NCBI GenBank assembly: GCA_963422395.1
Contig: OY729431.1
Span: 288,001 to 352,000, forward strand
Origin: Vicinamibacteria bacterium
Lineage (GTDB): Bacteria > Acidobacteriota > Vicinamibacteria > Marinacidobacterales > Marinacidobacteraceae
DNA length: 64,000 nucleotides
Reading direction: 5' to 3'
Of the stretch, positions 33,119 through 41,687 are shown piece after piece; positions within the stretch are counted from its first letter, which is position 1; each line of letters starts with the position of its first letter. The position numbers and the translations under genes were made by a program. The notes under the pieces were generated by a model. It was given only the letters and a program-made list of their open reading frames with translations, made no database searches and was not told the origin of the DNA.

Positions 33119-35112
33119 GGAGAGTCTCCGCTTCGTTTTCTCGAGGGTAAGCTGTCGAGAGGGAGGGCGAGGGCCACGAATTCCCCCGGAAAGCCGCGGC
33201 CGCCGACCGCTACCACGATGACCTGCCGTCCGCCGGCGAGATAACTCATCGGCGTTCCCGACTGGTTCGCCGGCAGTTCGAACTCCCACTGGATCTCGCC
33301 GGTCGCCTTGTCGTGGGCGCGCAGCATCGGCCCGCCCGACCCGTAGGCGGCGAAGAGGCCGCTTCCTTCACCGGCGAAGAGCAGCGTCTTCGTGACCAGC
33401 AGGCCTCCGCGGTCGGGTTGGCCGGTGCGCTCCAGCTCGATACTGGAGAGTGCCGGATGTTCCCGAACCCAATCGGGGGTGTCGCTGTTCGGGACCTGCC
33501 AGCGGATCTCGCCGCGGTTCAGATCGATGGCGGTGATGAGGCCCCAGGGAGGCTTCAGCAGCGGGAGGCCCTGCGGTCCGCCGCCCTCGGGGAGCCGGAG
33601 GTCGCCCCGCCGCCCTTGGACGAAACGCATCGAAGACCGCTCGGGATCGTGGACCAGCCCCAGCACATTCACATCCAGCCCCGAGGAGACATAGAGCAAC
33701 CCGGTCTCGGGGTCGGCAGCCACGCTCGGCCAGTTGGCACCGCCGAGCGCTCCCGGAACCGTCAAGGTTCCCCGGTTGCCGCCTTTCTCGACCACTGTCG
33801 GGGGGGTGAAGAGCGGCCCGAGCGTGTAACGCTCCGCGATTCGTTCCGCCTCGGCGCGAAGCTCGGGGGTGAAATCGAGCAGGTCGGCCGGCGAAACTCC
33901 CTGCCGCTGGAAGGGCGGAGGCTTCGTGGGGAAGGGCTGGGTGGACGCGGTCTTCTCGCCGGGCACTGCGGATCCCGCGACCGGGCGCTCTTCGATGGGC
34001 CAGACCGGCTCGCCGGTGCGGCGGTCGAAGACGAAGGTGAACGCCTGTTTCGTCACCTGGGCGAGGGCGGGAATTTCGCGCCCCTCCACGGTGAGGTCGA
34101 GGAGCACCGGCGCGGTCGGCAGGTCGTAGTCCCAGATGCCGTGATGGACGGTCTGGAAGTGCCAGCGCCGCAGCCCGGTCCGTACTTCGAGAGCCACCAC
34201 GCTCTGGGTGAACAGGTTGTCGCCGGGGCGGTGACCGCCGTAGTAGTCGCCGGTGCCCGCCTCGGTGGGCAGGTACACCAGTCCGAGTTCGGGGTCGGCG
34301 CTCATCCACGACCAGACGCCGCCGTTCCCGGTGAAGCGCCAGCTGTCCGCCTCCCAGGTCTCCCAGCCGTACTCCCCCTTCCGGGGAATCGGGTGGAAGG
34401 TCCAGAGCAGCTCGCCGCTTCGCGTGTCGTACCCGCGGACCGGCGAAGGCGGACTCTCCGGCGAAGGCGGCGCTCCGCCGCTCGGAAGCGCCGCTCCCAC
34501 CACGATCACATCGCCCACCACGGTCGCCGGTGCCGAAGAGCCGATCTGCGCCCGCTCGGTATCCACTTCCCGTCCCAGATCGCGGCGGAGATCCACCATG
34601 CCGTCGAGGCCGAAACCCGGGACCGCCCGTCCGCTGGCGGCGTCCAGCGCGACCAGGTGGTACGCCGGGGTCACCAGGAAGAGCCGCGCCTCCTTTCCGT
34701 CAGACCAATAGGAGAGTCCCCGCCCCGAGGTCTGCCGCGGCGCCGAGCGGCCGCGCCGGCCCTCGTCGAGGCGGTACATCCAGAGCGTCTCTCCGGTCAG
34801 GGCGTCGATCGCCACCGCCACCCGGCGAGCTCCCGCGGTTGCGTAGAGGACGCCGTCGATCATCAGCGGGGTGGTGCGCAGGTTCCAGTCGTCTCGCGGG
34901 CCGAAGTTCCGCGAGGTCCAGCGCCAGAGGATCTCCAGCTCGCCCACATTTCCGGAGTGGATCTGATCGAGCGGCGAGTAGCGGGTAGAGGCGAGGTCGG
35001 CGGCGTAATGAGGCCATTCCCCCTCGGCCCGTTCCTGCGCGGCGGCCCCTGCGGCAACGGTCACGCAGACTGCGCCGACCGCTCCGAGCCCCGTCAGTCG
35101 CCGGAGTACCAA
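33115..35112 (-). CDS. PQQ-dependent glucose/quinate dehydrogenase family (soluble, signal peptide)
   Basis: TTG 35112; TRYSPLDQI, TPLMIDGVLY, WHFQTVHHGIWDYD, ASTQPFP, GGANW, KPPWGLITAIDL, TPMSYLAGGRQ. Confidence 0.88.
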   Translation of the reverse strand: MVLRRLTGLGAVGAVCVTVAAGAAAQERAEGEWPHYAADLASTRYSPLDQIHSGNVGELEILWRWTSRNFGPRDDWNLRTTPLMIDGVLYATAGARRVAVAIDALTGETLWMYRLDEGRRGRSAPRQTSGRGLSYWSDGKEARLFLVTPAYHLVALDAASGRAVPGFGLDGMVDLRRDLGREVDTERAQIGSSAPATVVGDVIVVGAALPSGGAPPSPESPPSPVRGYDTRSGELLWTFHPIPRKGEYGWETWEADSWRFTGNGGVWSWMSADPELGLVYLPTEAGTGDYYGGHRPGDNLFTQSVVALEVRTGLRRWHFQTVHHGIWDYDLPTAPVLLDLTVEGREIPALAQVTKQAFTFVFDRRTGEPVWPIEERPVAGSAVPGEKTASTQPFPTKPPPFQRQGVSPADLLDFTPELRAEAERIAERYTLGPLFTPPTVVEKGGNRGTLTVPGALGGANWPSVAADPETGLLYVSSGLDVNVLGLVHDPERSSMRFVQGRRGDLRLPEGGGPQGLPLLKPPWGLITAIDLNRGEIRWQVPNSDTPDWVREHPALSSIELERTGQPDRGGLLVTKTLLFAGEGSGLFAAYGSGGPMLRAHDKATGEIQWEFELPANQSGTPMSYLAGGRQVIVVAVGGRGFPGEFVALALPLDSLPSRKRSGDSP

Positions 35113-36263
35113 ATTCGGTAGATCGCTCCCGCCCGGTCGTCGGAGACGAGAATGCTGCCGTCGGGCAGCTCGAGGATGTCCACCGGCCGGCCCCAGGGGC
35201 GCTCTTCGGGAGCGCCGATCCAGCCGGTGACGAAGTCCTCGTAGCCGGTGGCGGCTCCATCGGCGGTGCGGACCAGGGTGAGCCGGTAGCCGATGCGCTC
35301 GCTGCGGTTCCACGAGCCGTGTTCGGCGACGAGCGCTTGTCCGCGGTATTCCTCGGGGAACCGGTCGCCCCGATAGAAGGTCATCCCGATCGCTGCCACA
35401 TGAGGCCCGAGTTTCTGCGTCGGCGGCTCGAACTCCTCGCAGGGACGCTCCCGGCCGTACCAGGGGTCCGGGACATCGCCGGCGTGGCAATACGGATAGC
35501 CGAAGTGAAGCCCCGGTTCGGTGAGGATGTTCATCTCGCCGGGTGGGTTGTCGTCGCCGAGCCAGTCCGGATTGTTGTCGGTGAACCACATCTGCCCGGT
35601 CTCGGGGTGCCAGTCGAAACCGACCGACATCCGAACGCCGCGCGCCGCGACCTCGAGCTCGGTCCCGTCGGGCCGCATCCGGGCGATGGAGGCGAAGAGC
35701 GGGTTTGCCGAATCGCAGCGGTTGCAGGGCGCTCCGATGGGAAGATAGAGCAGCCCGTCGGGACCGAAGGCGAGGAACTTCCAGCCGTGGTGCCGCATGT
35801 CCGGAAGATCCGCGTTCACGATCTCGGGTTCGCCGGGATCTTCCAACCGAGCTTCGATGGCGGGGAAGCGGAGGATTCGGTTCACTTCGGCGACATAGAG
35901 CGCCCCGTCCCGAAACGCCACTCCATTGGGCATGAAGAGCTCCTCGGCGAGGATGTGCACTTCGTCGGCTTCGTGGTCGCCGTTGCGGTCCGCGACCGCA
36001 AAGACGCTGCCGGCGGCGTCCCGGGTGCCGACGAAGACGGTGCCCCGGTCGCCGAGAGTCAGCGAGCGGGCACCGGGGACCCGTCCCCAGACCGAGATCT
36101 GGAAACCCGGCGGCAAGTGGAGTCGGTCGAGCGGGAGGGCGCTGCTCGCGGCCGCGCTTTCGGAGAGGGGGATCGTCTCGGTGCGAGGCGCCTCCCCGGT
36201 CCCGCAACCGAGCACCGCCAGCGCGGCGACGGCGGCTGCGGCAGTTCGGAGCGAAGCGGTCAA
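35094..36263 (-). CDS. PQQ-dependent sugar/sorbosone dehydrogenase family lipoprotein
   Basis: TTG 36263 overlapping the upstream TGA; lipobox LAVLGC; LPPGFQI, HHGWKFLAFGPDG, GAPCN, HFGYPYCH, AEHGSWNR, GRPVD. Confidence 0.88.
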   Translation of the reverse strand: MTASLRTAAAAVAALAVLGCGTGEAPRTETIPLSESAAASSALPLDRLHLPPGFQISVWGRVPGARSLTLGDRGTVFVGTRDAAGSVFAVADRNGDHEADEVHILAEELFMPNGVAFRDGALYVAEVNRILRFPAIEARLEDPGEPEIVNADLPDMRHHGWKFLAFGPDGLLYLPIGAPCNRCDSANPLFASIARMRPDGTELEVAARGVRMSVGFDWHPETGQMWFTDNNPDWLGDDNPPGEMNILTEPGLHFGYPYCHAGDVPDPWYGRERPCEEFEPPTQKLGPHVAAIGMTFYRGDRFPEEYRGQALVAEHGSWNRSERIGYRLTLVRTADGAATGYEDFVTGWIGAPEERPWGRPVDILELPDGSILVSDDRAGAIYRIWYSGD

Positions 36264-37873
36264 TTCGCCGTGTCGGCCCGCGGGACCGCCTCTGCCAGCA
36301 GTGCGAGCGCGTTCTGCAAGGCCCGGTTGGCGCTTCCGTCGAGCGAGCCCTGGTAGAGACCCAGCCGGGCGATCACCATCTCGTGTTCCGGCACGATGAT
36401 CGTGCTCTGTCCGCCCGCACCGGCCATGCTGTAGGTGCTGTTCGGCAGCGCGGGGAATCGCTTTTCTCCGCCGCGCGGCGGGTTGTTGATCCAGAAGAGC
36501 CCGCCGTAGATCGGGCGGCCGTCGGCCTCCCACGAGGGAGCGACAGTTCTCACGAACTCGGCGAAACCCTCGGCGAGCACCCGCTCGCCGGCGGGAGACA
36601 CTCCGTCGTCGAGATAGAGCTGGCCGAGACGCGCCCAGGTGCGCCCGCTGCCGAACCCGTAACCGTTCAGCAGGAAGTTGCCGTAGGGGTCTCCCTCGGC
36701 AACGAAGCGGTTCGCTCCGATCTCGTCGAAGAGATGCTTCTGCGCGAATTGGTGGTAGTTCTCCTGCAGAACTCCCTCGACCCCCATCCGCACGAGGTGG
36801 TTCGTCAGTACTGGATCGCAGTTGCGGTAGCGGCCCACCGTGTTGGGCGGCCACTGCGCGGGCCGCTCGGTCGCCCAGACATGGGAGTTCACGGTGCCGG
36901 TGTAGAGGTAGAGATGGTCGGGGTACCCCATCGTCTCCTCGTCGTACTCGGGGTCGCCGGCGTTGACGCAGCGGAGGCCGCTCGACATCTGGAGGATGTC
37001 CCGGATACGGATCGTGCCCCGCACATCGTCAGGATCCTGGTGCCAGGAATCGATCGGGGCCAGCTGGTCCAGTTCGTAGACCTCCTTCTCGATGAGCACT
37101 CCCATCAGGGTGGCTGAAAGACTTTTGTTCATGGACCAGCTCTCGAGCGGGGTGTCTTTGGTGATTCCGTCTTCGTCGCGGTAACGCTCGGCGATCAGAT
37201 GTCCCCGGTGCAAGACCACGAAGGCGAGGGTCATCGCTTCCGGCTCGAAGGCCGCCGCTACCGCCCGCTGCAGCTTCTCGGCGTCCACATCCTCGGGGAG
37301 CGGCTCGTCTTCGAGCACATCGCCCATCGGCCAGGGATCATCCTGATCGACCATCGAAGATACCGGAACGGCCTCGTAGAAGGGTGCTTCTTCCCCCTGA
37401 GGAAGCGCGACGCATCCCTGGTCGCCGTGGAGGACCGCAGTGCGTGTGATCCCGGTGTCGGTGGTGATGTGGACGCGCTCGTTCTCCATGTCGATCTCGC
37501 GGCCGGGGAGTCGCGGGCGGTACTGGTACCGAGCGGTGAATCCCCCGATCTGCTCCTGGGCGGCTTCGAAGTCGAGTCCGGTCAGAAAGACCGCCGAGCA
37601 GAGCACCTTGGCGAATCCGGCGGCTTCGTGCTCGATGAAGCCGTTCGGATCCATGCCGCCGGGAGGCGGTATCCGCTCGGTGTCCTGCTCGTACTGGGCC
37701 GCGCGGAAGATCAGGCATTCCCCTGGGCTCATCTCCTCGGAGCAGGGCTGTTCCAGCGACAGGTCGTCCCCGTCGTTTCCGGCGCTGCCGCAGCCGAAGA
37801 GCGCGGCGGCGAACCCGAGAGCGAGCCCCGCGGCGAATCGCTGTCGGAGCCGGTGGAGCCGGTGATTTCTCAT
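36260..37873 (-). CDS. Serine hydrolase (beta-lactamase/class C-like) lipoprotein
   Basis: Lipobox LFGC; AKVLCSAVF, SWSMNKS (SxxK), LQMSSGL, YRN (YxN), WARLGQLYLDDG, MAGAGGQ. Confidence 0.87.
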   Translation of the reverse strand: MRNHRLHRLRQRFAAGLALGFAAALFGCGSAGNDGDDLSLEQPCSEEMSPGECLIFRAAQYEQDTERIPPPGGMDPNGFIEHEAAGFAKVLCSAVFLTGLDFEAAQEQIGGFTARYQYRPRLPGREIDMENERVHITTDTGITRTAVLHGDQGCVALPQGEEAPFYEAVPVSSMVDQDDPWPMGDVLEDEPLPEDVDAEKLQRAVAAAFEPEAMTLAFVVLHRGHLIAERYRDEDGITKDTPLESWSMNKSLSATLMGVLIEKEVYELDQLAPIDSWHQDPDDVRGTIRIRDILQMSSGLRCVNAGDPEYDEETMGYPDHLYLYTGTVNSHVWATERPAQWPPNTVGRYRNCDPVLTNHLVRMGVEGVLQENYHQFAQKHLFDEIGANRFVAEGDPYGNFLLNGYGFGSGRTWARLGQLYLDDGVSPAGERVLAEGFAEFVRTVAPSWEADGRPIYGGLFWINNPPRGGEKRFPALPNSTYSMAGAGGQSTIIVPEHEMVIARLGLYQGSLDGSANRALQNALALLAEAVPRADTAN

Positions 37874-38007
37874 GGTGTCTCCTTCCGCCGCGCCCGCGCT
37901 GCGCCAGGGTTCGGCGGCTCGTTCGCGGGCGAGATTCAGGCTGACGATTCTATGGGTGCCGAGCCGGCGGCGGAGAACCGTTCCCGGCGTCCCGCAAAAG
38001 CGGGCTG

Positions 38008-38203
38008 CTAACAGCCTGTGGACGAAGTCACACGGCCAAAGGCCGGCGATGCCCAGTCCTCCCGGTGGGGCCCCGCCTGAATGCTTCGCTCGGCGTTGTT
38101 GCGATTCCGTCGGAATACACCCGGTATGCCCCCGAATCGCGCCTTGTCCGCCGGGCGCCTCCCCGATCTTGGGGCTCGCGCCACTTCATCCACAGACTGC
38201 TAG
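38008..38203. mobile_element. MITE-like element, ~196 bp, 21-bp imperfect terminal inverted repeats
   Basis: Left CTAACAGCCTGTGGACGAAGT (38008-38028); reverse complement of right end CTAGCAGTCTGTGGATGAAGT (38183-38203), 18/21 identical; no coding capacity; related ends at 41490 and 48536. Confidence 0.7.
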
Positions 38204-38304
38204 GGTTGCGTTGTCATGCCGGCGGCCGGGGCCACGACCCGGGATGGGGACGCCGGTTCGGGAGCGAGCCCCGCCGCCTGCAACGCCGAGCCCCTTCCGT
38301 CCGG

Positions 38305-40584
38305 ATGAAGAGGAGCCGGCGCCCCGCTGGCGCGCGGGTAGTGCTCGTCGGGGGAGGGCACTCGCATGTGCAGGTACTCCGGCGGATGGCGATGCGCCCC
38401 TGGCCGGAAGCGCAGGTCACCGTGATCCTCGACACTCCGGTGGCGATCTATTCCGGGATGGTTCCCGGGTTCGTGGCCGGGCAGTACCGGGGATCCGAGC
38501 TGGAGATCGATGTCGTGCCGCTCGCGCGGCTCGCCGGCGCCGAAGTGGTGCTCAGCCCGGCGATCGGGGTGGACCCGGACGCCCGGCGAGTGCACCTCGA
38601 AGGAAGGGCGCCGCTCGGCTTCGACTTCGCTTCCTTCGATATCGGGAGCACCGTAGCCGGGCTCGATCTTCCCGGGGTGCGCGAGCGGGCCCGCGCCACC
38701 CGGCCGATCTCCCGCCTGGTGCGCGAGATCGGCAGCCTCTCCGAATCGTTTCTCGCCCACCGCGCCGACCGGCCCTTCGAAGTGCTGATCGCCGGAGGGG
38801 GCGCCGGGGGCGTCGAACTGGCCTTCACCGTGCGAGAGCGGCTGCTCGCAGCGGCTCGCCAAGCCGGAGTCGAGCCGCGGCTTCGGGTCACCCTGCTCCA
38901 GGCGCTTCCCGAGATCCTCCCGGGGTTTCCGGCGTCGCTCGCGGTTCGGGCGCGGCGAAACGCGGCCGCCCGCGGGATCGCGATCCGCACCGGCGACGCG
39001 GTGGAGGCAGCCGAGGACGGCGGCGTCCGGCTCGAAAGCGGCGAAAAGCTCCCGGCGGACTCCCTGATCTGGGCGGTCGGCGCCGGGAGCCTCGAGGTCT
39101 TCCGCGATTCGGGATTGCCGCTCGAGAGCAGGGGGTTCGTGCTCACCCGGCCAACGCTCCAGACGGTGGGCGATCCGAGGATATTCGCCGTTGGGGATTG
39201 CGCCACACTCGAAGACTGGCCGGGAACGCCGAAGGCGGGTGTATATGCGGTGCGCCAGGGGCCGGTGCTGGCCGAAAACCTGCGCCGGGCGGTTTCCGGC
39301 CGAACCCTTCGCCGCTACCGCCCGCAGTTCGATTTCCTGACCCTGCTGAATCTGGGTGACGGCGCCGCGCTCGGCGCCAAGTGGGGGCGCTCCTTCGAAG
39401 GCCGCTGGGTGATGCGCTGGAAGGACCGGATAGACCGTCGCTTCATGCGGAAGTTCCAGGTGCTCGACGAGAGTGGCGCCGCCACGCGGGAATTCTCCCG
39501 GATGGACACCGCCGCGATGGAGTCCATGCTCTGCGGCGGCTGCGCGGCCAAGGCCGGACAGACGACCCTCGACCGTGCGCTTCACCGCCTTCGGTCCGAA
39601 CTCGGCCCCGGACCGCGCGGGAGCGGCGATCGGGTTCGGCTCGGGCTCGACCAGTCCGACGACGCCGCTGCCTATGCGACCGCGGGCGGAGAGGTGGTGG
39701 TGTCGAGCGTGGACTGGTTCCGGGCGTTCAGCGGCGACCGCTGGCTGGTCGGCAAGGCGGCGGCGGCCAACGCGCTTTCCGACCTCTTCGCTACCGGCGC
39801 CGCGCCGCGCTACGCCATGGCGCTGGTCAACCTGCCCGAGGAGGAATCCCCGGATCAGCAGGAGGAGATCCTGTACCAGGTGCTCGCCGGCGCCCGTTCG
39901 TTGCTCGACGCCCGCGGCGTTCTACTGCTCGGCGGCCACACCACCGTGGGCCCGGAGCTCACCGTCGGGTTTTCGGTGGACGGACACCCGATCGGAGAAC
40001 GACTCCTGACCCTCGACGGCCTCCGGGCCGGCGATGGGCTCTACCTCACGAAGCGGCTTGGAACTGGAGTCGTGCTGCGCGGAGTCATGCTGGGGAGGGG
40101 GCGCGGCGCGTGGCTCGAGGCTGCAACCGCCCAGATGGTGTGCCCCAACGAAAGGGCGGCTGGCGCTGCGGTCGCCGCCGGCCTCCGGGCTGCCACCGAC
40201 ATCACCGGATTCGGCTTCCTGACGCATCTCGCCGAGATGCTGCGGGCGAGCGGGGTGTCCGCCGAGATCGAGGCCGCTGCGCTCCCCGCGCTTCCCGGCG
40301 CGGAGGAACTCTTCGCCGCCGGCCTCCGGAGCACCGCCCACCAGCAGAACCGGAAGATCGTCAAAGCGGTGCGGGTCGAGCCCGGCGCCTCGCAGGAACC
40401 TCGCTTCGAACTGCTCTTCGATCCCCAGACCGGCGGCGGCTTCCTCGCCGGAGTGCCGGAGTCGCACGCGGAGGATTTCCTCGGCCGGCTCCGCGAAGCG
40501 GATGTCGGAGCGGTCCGGGTGGGAACGGTGATCCCCCGTCCGGACGACGGTGCGGCGGCCGTGATTCGCCGCCGGCGGTCGTGA
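38305..40584 (+). CDS. selD: Selenide, water dikinase fused to N-terminal FAD/NAD oxidoreductase domain
   Basis: VVLVGGGHSH, YSGMVPG, GGGAGGVE, FAVGDCA, PKAGVYAVRQGP, WKDRIDRRFM; then LCGGCAAK, DDAA, NALSDLFA, GGHT, TDITGFG, LFDPQTGGG. Confidence 0.92.
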   Translation: MKRSRRPAGARVVLVGGGHSHVQVLRRMAMRPWPEAQVTVILDTPVAIYSGMVPGFVAGQYRGSELEIDVVPLARLAGAEVVLSPAIGVDPDARRVHLEGRAPLGFDFASFDIGSTVAGLDLPGVRERARATRPISRLVREIGSLSESFLAHRADRPFEVLIAGGGAGGVELAFTVRERLLAAARQAGVEPRLRVTLLQALPEILPGFPASLAVRARRNAAARGIAIRTGDAVEAAEDGGVRLESGEKLPADSLIWAVGAGSLEVFRDSGLPLESRGFVLTRPTLQTVGDPRIFAVGDCATLEDWPGTPKAGVYAVRQGPVLAENLRRAVSGRTLRRYRPQFDFLTLLNLGDGAALGAKWGRSFEGRWVMRWKDRIDRRFMRKFQVLDESGAATREFSRMDTAAMESMLCGGCAAKAGQTTLDRALHRLRSELGPGPRGSGDRVRLGLDQSDDAAAYATAGGEVVVSSVDWFRAFSGDRWLVGKAAAANALSDLFATGAAPRYAMALVNLPEEESPDQQEEILYQVLAGARSLLDARGVLLLGGHTTVGPELTVGFSVDGHPIGERLLTLDGLRAGDGLYLTKRLGTGVVLRGVMLGRGRGAWLEAATAQMVCPNERAAGAAVAAGLRAATDITGFGFLTHLAEMLRASGVSAEIEAAALPALPGAEELFAAGLRSTAHQQNRKIVKAVRVEPGASQEPRFELLFDPQTGGGFLAGVPESHAEDFLGRLREADVGAVRVGTVIPRPDDGAAAVIRRRRS

Positions 40585-41468
40585 GTTCCGTCCGAGCCGG
40601 GCTTCTCCGGTTCGTGAAGATGTCGGGCGCCGGCAACGATTTCGTGCTGGTGGACAACCGGGGAGCGGAGGTTCGGGAATCGGCGAAGCCGGCGCTGGCC
40701 CGCGGGGTCTGCCGCCGCCGGCTCGGGGTGGGCGCCGACGGGCTCATCCTGATCGAGCCGTTGGGTGGTCTTCCGAGAAATGAGTTGCTGGGGACGACCG
40801 GCGGCGCAGACTTCGTGATGCGTTACTTCAACGCCGATGGCAGCGAAGGCGAGCTGTGCGGCAACGGGGCACGGTGCGCCGCGGTGTTCGCCTGCGAAAT
40901 CGGTGCGGGTGCTGCCCGGCAGACGATCTCCACTCCGGCGGGGGTCCTGCGCGCGGAAATCCTGTCCCCCGGTCCGGCAGCGGCGGGGACCTCCACCGTG
41001 GAAGTGGAGATGCCGGAGCCTGGGGCGATTCGCCGGCTGCAGCTGCACGGCCTCTCCGGTGAGGACGGCGAGGTTTTCGCCCTGCGGGTCGGGGTGCCGC
41101 ACGCGGTCGAGGTCGTGCCGGATCTCGCGGCGGTGGATGGGGAGGGCCGCGGCGCGGAGATTCGCCGGCACCCGGCCTTTCCGGCGGGGACGAACGCGAA
41201 CTTCATCACGATCGAGGAAGACACCGGCGAGATCGGCCTCCGAACTTTCGAGCGCGGGGTGGAAGCGGAAACGCTGGCGTGCGGGACGGGAGCGATCGCT
41301 GCGGCCTCGGTGGCGCATCGTTTCTTCCATCGGCCCCCGGTCGCGGCCGTCCGAGTGCGCAGCGGCGATGTCCTCCACATCGGGGTCGGATCCGGAGCGC
41401 CCTGGATGCGGGGCCCCGTCCGGCGGATCTACGAAGGCGTGTATGAGGTGCCGTCGGGTCTCGCCTGA
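40581..41468 (+). CDS. dapF: Diaminopimelate epimerase
   Basis: GTGA overlap; FVKMSGAGNDF, GVGADG, FNADGSEGELCGNGARC, GVPH, RTFERGVEAETLACGTG. Confidence 0.95.
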   Translation: MSSVRAGLLRFVKMSGAGNDFVLVDNRGAEVRESAKPALARGVCRRRLGVGADGLILIEPLGGLPRNELLGTTGGADFVMRYFNADGSEGELCGNGARCAAVFACEIGAGAARQTISTPAGVLRAEILSPGPAAAGTSTVEVEMPEPGAIRRLQLHGLSGEDGEVFALRVGVPHAVEVVPDLAAVDGEGRGAEIRRHPAFPAGTNANFITIEEDTGEIGLRTFERGVEAETLACGTGAIAAASVAHRFFHRPPVAAVRVRSGDVLHIGVGSGAPWMRGPVRRIYEGVYEVPSGLA

Positions 41469-41489
41469 CTGGCTTGCCGGTTTGCGTTG

Positions 41490-41540
41490 GCAGTCGGTGG
41501 ATGAAGTGGCGCGAGCACCGAGAGTGGGAGGTGCTCGAGG
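41490..41540. repeat. Partial copy of one end of the 38008-38203 MITE
   Basis: GCAGTCGGTGGATGAAGTGGCGCGAGCACCGAGA vs GCAGTCTGTGGATGAAGTGGCGCGAGCCCCAAGA (reverse complement of ~38167-38200). Confidence 0.7.
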
Positions 41541-41687
41541 GAGCAGCTTCCGTTCCCGCTTTCTGTCAGACGCTCCGGCTGGCGGCGGGACGAGCGAACG
41601 GAACGGTCGCTGCTACCTTCGGATCGCTGTCCGTGCTCTACTACTTCGACGAATCGGTTTTCCCTCCGAATTCAGGAGTCGCCACCC

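Noticed and set aside
35113-36207. 1030-aa version of the PQQ dehydrogenase (apparent fusion)
   Set aside because: The upstream ~365 codons are an Arg/Pro-rich alternative frame of the sorbosone dehydrogenase gene; the signal peptide starts near 35112
39525-39555. Selenocysteine in SelD
   Set aside because: The active-site motif is encoded by TGC (CGGCAAK); no in-frame TGA
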